Source: Octopus vulgaris (taxonomy: Eukaryota). Taken from it: a stretch of DNA of 64,000 bases. Shown here piece after piece: positions 56,018-64,000 of the stretch. The stretch covers positions 20,088,001 through 20,152,000 of the forward strand of contig OX597835.1 of assembly GCA_951406725.2 (NCBI GenBank). Reading direction: 5' to 3'. A model generated the notes under the pieces. It ran no database searches, was not told the origin of the DNA, and saw nothing but the letters and a program-made list of their open reading frames with translations. How positions within the stretch are numbered: position 1 is the stretch's first letter; every line of letters begins with the position of its first letter. The position numbers and the translations under genes are program-made.

Positions 56018-59000
56018 TATATATATATATATAAAGTTAATCCAAACATGAAAACTGAACAACGCGAGGACGTGGAACACGTATAGTATTATTGGACGCT
56101 CAAGAAAGAAGGCACAGACATATATGGAGACCTAAACACAAAGAGAAAGGCACATTTATTCATACAGATCGCTATTGCATATATCTGTATCTATCCTTCT
56201 CTAATTCTGCCTATGCACGGTGGGTGTGTGCATGTGTGCGCCTGTTTGTATATGTGTGTCTATATGTATATGTATATATGTACAGAGAGTGAGAGACAGA
56301 GACAGACAGACGGACAAAGGGAAGGAGAGATGAAGTAAGAGAGATAGAGGTTTATATAAAAGTATGAATAAGAATATGGATTGAGCAAGATACCTTTGCA
56401 CAGTTTTTGCAACATAGATACACCAGCAGAAATATTGCTGAAACTTTACCTCAAAAATTGGTGTTAGTAACTTTGTTTTCATTTGGAGATTTTTATTTTC
56501 ATTTATGAATTGTGATGGCGTACGTCATTTTCTTTCTAATAACGCTACATTTTAATATGAATGAAACAACAGACACACATACACACACAAATACACAAAC
56601 GCACACACAAATACACAAACACACACACTCTTTCACCCACTAATCCTTTCTCAAACATTTTGTTTCTTTATCGCATAATCCCATTAAAAATGGAACCCAA
56701 GTTCTAAGCTGGTACGGATGTGGATATATACACAACATGACCTCTTATCATGTACACACTTCTACATATATAAATATACATATATCCACTCATTCCTATA
56801 CATATGCATACATACACACCTAAGTATGTGTGCCCATTCATTCATCCATCCATTAATACATAGAGACACACAGAAATTTGTTATACAGACACACATACGC
56901 ACACACACATACATACATACATTCATACGCATACATACATGCATACATACATGCATACACACATACATACATACATACATACATACATACATGCATACAT
57001 ACATACATACATAAATACATACATACTTACATACATACTGTCAAGTGAGATTTCTGTTCTTATAAACTGATTCTATAGCAAAATTTGTGCACTTTTTGTA
57101 GGCAAACGAATTTTCGGTTCTTATTTCGCTAATTCACTTTAGAAAGAAAATACTGTCTCACATATATCATTTTATTTTCTTTGTTATGTAGAATCAATAT
57201 AAACTAAGTTTCCTAATGTTTGGAATTAAGCAACAGTTTCAAATACGTGCTGAAGTACACAATTAAACAACAGCTACAACTAATTTAAATGTTGAAGATG
57301 TGGATTGCCTTCACAGCTTCCTGGCTTTCAATTTATTCGCTATCGTTATTCCGATCATTGTCTCTTTACAATAAATGAAAACATTTTACTCCACTTTGCT
57401 CTTGTGTCTGACTAATGAAACACATTCATTCTCTTATGTTGTGCACCCAGATTAAAATAGCAAGCTTAGGAATTTTGAGAAAATTAGAATTGCGCTATAT
57501 CTTTCAATTCTCATTTAACTTACTTGTAATTGGATATATATTACTTGGTTGTTGAATGAACATCTAACAATGGAGTTCCACATACATTTAGCCCATATAA
57601 ACGATCAAATAATTAAAGTAAATATACTTTCTCTTCGTTGAGGTCAGCTCCACTGAAATATTCCTGATTCACTACTGTCACATCCCATTAGACAATACCG
57701 CAGGCTTCATACTAATCGCTGTATCAAGTTCGTCGTTATCTCCAAATAAAGAATGTGTTTGTTTTATTTTTTCATCTGGTGTATAATTACAAAGAAACAA
57801 GGGTAACATAAATTGAATCAATAGGACTTTTTGGAGGAGATCATTGGAATGTCCTAGGCTTGAACCCTCAAAATAAAGGCAGCAAATAAACTATACATCC
57901 AAGACTTTAAATCGTCTGTCAGGAAATCTCTTTCACAAATTCTGAAGCACATTTTCAACTTTACCGAAAAAATATTTTGGTCGGTTTCTCCCTAAAAATA
58001 ACTTGAAGCATGCTGATCTCCCTTTAGCAAGTTGCGTCATTACCGCATTTCGTAATAGATTCCTTTTCTCTTTTAAAGAATATCCTAAAACAGAGTAAAT
58101 TATATATTAAACTAACATCTAAAACTGCTTTCATTTTTTATGGGCTTACACCACATATCATTTTAAATAGACTCAGTAAAATCCATTTTAAATGGATTTC
58201 GGAGAATGCATAGCATATTAGCTCAGCATGATACTGTAAGCGTTCACATATATATATTCCTGTTTGAAGTGCATCCTAAATTAGAGTAATGCACATATTT
58301 AAACAAGAGCTATAGCTATTTCGATTTTTCTAGAAAATGGATTTTCCTCCAAGAATTCTCATTAATATACATTTCAGTTCCGTTATTTCTTACACATACT
58401 CAACGAAAAGCAAAAGAAATATAAATTTCAAGAAATAGAACTCCACAACCTCTAAACTGATTTCTTTTTTGTTCTTTTTTGTTTTGTTTTGTTTTTTGTT
58501 TTTTTGTGCAAGCAGGCACTAAAATATATTCTAAGCGCTGCCTATTTACGAATGAGTTATAACATTCGTGTTTCACTTAAAATTGTCTAGAGAACCATTT
58601 TGTACGCTTTGTCTTGATTTTTGGGAAGTTAAAAATAAAACAGACAAAAATGAAAGAAATTCACAGATATACAAACTTCAATATATCAAAATATGAAAAG
58701 AAATACCGAAGAATGCTCTTTTACACAACGTTTCTTTTTTCCTTTACCATTTAAGATATTGTTCCTTTTCACTTCATTTTCATACTCTTTCCTTTTTATG
58801 AATGATATTATTGTTGTTATTTTTAGTGCTATTCTTTTTCTGTTTACGTTTTTTTTTTACTTTTCATTTTTTTCACAACTATTCTGTCAGAAATCAATAC
58901 CATTGATATTATGTTTCATTGTTCTTGAAAAAAAAAATTCTAGGGAGAAAATAAATAGAGAATTGAATAAAAAAAATAATTAATAATATAAAACGAAAAA

Positions 59001-59458
59001 AAACGTATTTGAAAGTAAAAACTGTGACAGAGAAAACAAATATTGTCCATCGTCTTTGTACAAGAAAATTTGGTCAAAACAATGGAAACCATTCGAAGAA
59101 TTCCTACGGAGACACTTATTGTGCCAATGGTAAGAACAAACTAAGATAAGTGTGTTTTTGTGTGTTTGTATGCGTCAGTATTCCTTGTCTTTTGTAGGTT
59201 TGTTTTCAACTCATTCTATATTTTTCTATTCTACTATAATAATATATCTTCTATTTAAAGATTTTAAAAAAACATATGTTGAATAATTCTCCAGCTTGCA
59301 GGATAAAGAATTTTCCAACTAAATATTCCAATGGTTTGAAATGTGAAGGGTTTCTAGCAGTTACTGGGTTGGTAATTCAGAAAAGTGGATGTATTCATAC
59401 TATCCATCGAATATATATTCGGTGAATTATATAAAAGCACACACACGCACATCTCTCG

Positions 59459-59499
<41 letters not shown>

Positions 59500-60802
59500 T
59501 ATATATATGTGTGTGTGTGAGAGAGTGTGTGTGTGTGTGTGTGAGTGTGTGAGTGTTTGCGTGTGAGTGTATGTGTGTGTTTGTGTGTGTATGCATGCAT
59601 AAATGTATAATGAAGCATGCTGCTCTAAGAAGTTCGCTTTGTGATTTCAGGGTCAAACTGTGTGTCACTTTTGTGGGGTGTCAGCAACCATGCCGCCGGT
59701 TAAACAATGACATGTGATCGAATTCGCTAGAGAGAAATTCTGTAATACCTCGTCAGATATCTTCACAAACACACACACGCACACTCACACACACAGACAG
59801 AGATATATACAATTTCTAGAGATAAATGTAATCCATGTTCCGGAATAGCACACCTTGTAGGGACCTGGCTACTGTAGTATTAAATAAACTGAATAAACAC
59901 CAGGTAAACTGCAATAAATTATAAAGGGAGCACTTCGCAAATCCTAGGTGAAGATTAATATGCATAAGACATGCTTCACATACAAAATAAATGTAGCATA
60001 GATAAATTTCTTTACGAGTGATTGGTCTTTACTCCTGGAATTATAAATAACTACATCCGTACCGTATCGAATTGTTTCAACATTCTATAACGAAATCCTT
60101 TACATAATTCTAAACTGAAAATTAAGGTTAATTACACGTCACTATGCAAGCAATTCAATTTGGAATCTTAAAGAAAGAGTGTATTAATTACTCAATAACT
60201 TGTTCTATAGATAATTGTGCAATGGCTTCAACTGGAGATGGAGATTTTTGTGAATTATGCAATAATGAGGACCTAATTATTTTAACCTGTAAAGATAGCT
60301 TGGTTAACATATTTAGCATTTAATTTTCATTAAGCTTATTAAGTGTCCATTGACTATATTTCTCTAAATAATATATTGAGTTTTTTATTGTATATTATAT
60401 ATCACATTTTATGTTTACAACTACTATTGTTAAAAACAAGTTTTCCATGTAATCATTGGGGGTGAAGTTGGCTTATATCCATATGATGATTGCCTCATAA
60501 GTATTCGCACATGTACACATACGCAAACAAGTATTTGTGCCCTCCAATACTTGCAGGAAACTGTATATGTATATGTGTCTTGTAATGTACTATTAATTCC
60601 TTTTAAGTCTGTACTTATACATGTGTGCGTGTGTTAGTGTGTATGTATATGTATACATATATATATATGCCTATGTATATATGCCCGTGTATATATATAT
60701 GCATATATATATGTGCATATATATCATATATATAGATATATATATATAAATAGGTGAGTATATTTTTGCTTTGTGAAATATATATTTATATATATATATA
60801 TA

Positions 60803-61000
60803 CAGTGGGGAGAATAAATATTCGCACATGTAAAAATTCTTCATTTATTTAATGTCTAATGAACATAAATTGGATATACCAATACTATATTTGCATACAC
60901 ATGCATAAACTAAGAATATGCAAAAGAAACTAATAAATTATAGTAACTGAGGAATTTATATTCAATTATAAATATTTAGGGTGAAAAAAGTATTCGTTAG
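60803..61000 (+). mobile_element. Tc1-like IR/DR terminal fragment
   Basis: TA-CAGTGGGGAGAATAAATATTCG start, with an inner direct repeat gggtgaaaaaagtattcg ~175 bp in; no partner end seen. Confidence 0.55.
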
Positions 61001-61180
61001 GAACATGAATAACTGATAATTCTGATTTAATACTTCGTAGTATAACCATTATTAAATTCCACTTCAACCAATCTCTGTTCGTAGTTTTCAATCAATGACT
61101 CGCATGTTTCTTTAGGAGTTTTTTCCCATTCTTCTTCACAAATTTTCTTAAAATCTGCAATGCACGTTGGGGTTCTTGAA

Positions 61181-61247
<67 letters not shown>

Positions 61248-61249
<2 letters not shown>

Positions 61250-61400
61250 TTGTTTTCTTCTGTGTATCTTTCTGTCGAAGAGCGCAGGCTCGAAACATAA
61301 AAGACTTTTTCTATTCTTATTCCTGAGCCTTATACTAATACATTTGTTTGTTTCTACTCCACCTACTTTCGTCTTTTTTTATATTCGTAAACTTTCCCTT
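61248..61400 (+). mobile_element. Short element family G inside (TA)n
   Basis: tctgtcgaagagcgcaggctcgaaacat...; ends aaactttccct then (TA)n. Confidence 0.7.
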
Positions 61401-61483
61401 TATATATATATATATATGTAGGTATGTGTGTGAGTACATGTCTATATATAAGTATACACACACACACACAAAAAGCACACACA

Positions 61484-61552
<69 letters not shown>

Positions 61553-62179
61553 TTATTTATTTATATACATATGTGTATTTATAGGCTGTGTTTGTATACT
61601 TAACTATATTTATTTATGTACTGTTAAATCTACATCACTACAGGTCACTCTATGGCACTGCTATCAAATAACGCGACAACATACCAGCGTGTATATACAC
61701 GAAAGAAGAAGTGAGTGTATTTATACAGAGATGTATATAGTGTTTTTATAATGAAAACTAATAGGTGGCTTTCTCTTTCACGTTTAAGGACGCTAATTTC
61801 ATTCGTTATTAGAAAGAATAAGTGAAGGTCCTGGTCTTTCTAAAAAATCTAAAAAGTTGAATCTTGTCATTTATTTTCTCTCCATCAGTTAATATATACA
61901 CGTCTGATATTTCAAATGCTTAAGTGTTTGCTCTTGAAGAAGTATAAACATCTTGTCTGTCTCAATGGAGACAGTACACCATTGAAATTTTATAAATCTA
62001 TATTCTATTACATATTGATCTTTCTATGCCGACTAATATCCGACGAGGTAAAAGAGCAATAATGATTATAATTTTGCTTTATTGCATACTCCATATAACG
62101 TATTTATTACATGTCTGTATATGTGGTTTAAAATAAACAAATATTTGTTGACAGAAATACATAGCATAAATTCCTATGA

Positions 62180-62425
62180 GCGGTGTGCTGGCAAAGCAGT
62201 AACATCAATTTGAGTCAGCGGTGAGAGAGATGGTGAGATAGAAAGCCGGGTAAAACGCTTAGCGATGTTTGTTTTTGCATTCTGAATGAAAATTCGACTG
62301 AAACTGGCCTTACATTTCATTCTTTAGAGGTTAAAGATATAAGAACCAGTTGAGCAACGGGGTTGATCTCATCGAATAGTCCCCTGTCCTGAAATTTCAG
62401 GACTTATTCATATACTAGAAAGGAT
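62180..62425 (+). mobile_element. SINE family C, old, tail type 2
   Basis: cgcttagcga...tttcattctttagagg...tagtccc...aaatttcagg. Confidence 0.55.
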
Positions 62426-62454
62426 AATGTATGCCCGACTTCATTCAATTTTGA

Positions 62455-62845
62455 TCCTGAGGGGTTTGTCTGAACAGTGTTGATGTAGTAATCAATTTGT
62501 CCATAACAGAATAGGAATAGATACTGTAGAGCATCAAAGGATCAGTGCCTTTCCGAAATCCTCATCGGATAGAGGACATTGCCACGCCTGTCTTATTTTT
62601 CCCCCCAACCAAAAGCACAGCCATTTCATTTGTTGTTGGCATATTAAACCACCATGTTGACCAGCTGGTTTCTTATCTGACCTTGTATGTCCTGATGCCA
62701 AGTGGAATTGTTTCAAGTGTAGTCTTGAAGGTTCTGATCAGGTTCTTGTTGTTCAGCATCTTTTGCAGAGGTACAACACTCTTCATCCTGATGCCAGAAA
62801 TCTTCTTGTACTTCTCTTGCCCTTCTTGTTCAGAATCTTTTTGAT
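62455..62845 (-). pseudogene. Degraded Helitron Rep/helicase fragment
   Basis: Minus strand across frameshifts: LQKMLNNKNLIRTFKTTLE, SDKKPAGQHGG, FNMPTTNEMAVLLVG, RISERH*SFDALQY. Matches the Helitron pattern DK.P.GEH..RFN.P..NEVA...RISETHRSYDALQYP. Confidence 0.8.
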
Positions 62846-64000
62846 ACGAAAATAATTTAATTCCGACGATGCCATAAAAGAGGCCTGCCATAATTTTGCA
62901 TATATATATATATATCTATATATATATATACACATACATACATACATACATACATACATACATACACATATATATATGTATGTATGTTTGTATGTATGTA
63001 GTCAAGATGACTCCTGTGCTCGCTCACGTGATTTTTTATATAAGTCTTAATCATCTGCATCCATCTATGTATGCGTGTGTAATTGTGATTCCCATATCAA
63101 ACATCTATATCTATGTGTGTATCTAACTGTCTCTACATTTCTAGTCCTCTTTCCATCCTCCTCCTCCTACTACTACTACACACCCACACACACAGATACG
63201 CACGCACACATACGTATGTATGAATTCACCTGAATGTATGTATATGTTTGTGTATGCGCCTAATTTTATATGCACAATCATATGTAATGTATATACCAAA
63301 ATACCCAATTTCTAGATATCCATATAGATGCTGGTGTGTACACAGGCACATGAATATATACTCATAAATATTTGTGATTGTGTGCGTGCGTGTCTGAGTG
63401 CATGTGTGCCAAATTGCTACAACATCAGTCAAACTTATGTTGACTTATGTTTGACCTGATGTGGCCTCAAATACTTTCGCAGAAGCCACAGTCCGTAGAG
63501 GTCAGAGGTTATTTAGAACTCAATAATAACACGTTCATTATTTAAACCAACTAATTCCAAATTTCTTTAAATCATTCCGACTTTACTTGATCTACTATTT
63601 ATTAAATTGCACAAATTTCAACGTTCGTGAAATCGTAATAGAGCTTCCTAATTCAAATCACTTTACAATAATTGTTCGTGTAAATATTTTCACTTCCGAA
63701 TTCAAATCACTTACAACTAGTTTGCCAGATATGTTATCGAAATGCTTTTATTTTTTATTTTTGCCAATTCAGAATAATTTTTTTTTTATGTGTTTGCATT
63801 TTTTTTTCACCATACTTTCTCTCTTATCTTTCACCAGTATCATTTAATGGAGTCGGATATGCTGTGGTCCTTCCTTAAAAGTTTAATCGAACAAATCCAC
63901 CCCATCAGTTAAGTGTTTAGAATCGTACTTCTTCTGTCGGCTAATTTTGCAGAAAACCTATGTGTGTGTATGGTGGGTATTTTGAGAATGAGCTTATATG

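Noticed and set aside
58400-59100. 3' UTR or membrane-protein ORF (58693-58983)
   Set aside because: T-rich low complexity explains the Phe-rich ORF; no upstream coding exon identified.

Overview
AT-rich, repeat-dense eukaryotic DNA, intronic or intergenic. It is most likely from an octopus or other coleoid cephalopod, inferred from my recollection of the SINE families and the extreme (TA)n/(GATA)n load; this was not database-checked. No intact protein-coding gene is recognisable, and nearly all supplied ORFs are microsatellite or SINE artefacts. The window holds three tRNA-derived SINE families in dozens of copies: family A (CORE-like, internal microsatellite), family B (one head with four different 3' tails) and family C (Meta-domain-like, three tails). 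It also holds a complete non-autonomous Helitron, decayed coding relics of a mariner transposase, a Helitron Rep and a Penelope-like reverse transcriptase, and a Tc1 IR/DR end. The most interesting signal is a set of short elements that abut (TA)n tracts and carry type I hammerhead-ribozyme folds. These include a ~480-bp 1.45-mer with a terminal direct repeat (retrozyme/pLTR-like) and two families with variant catalytic cores, some next to fold-back inverted repeats. A few splice-bounded exon candidates are listed at low confidence. Boundaries were read by eye and are approximate.
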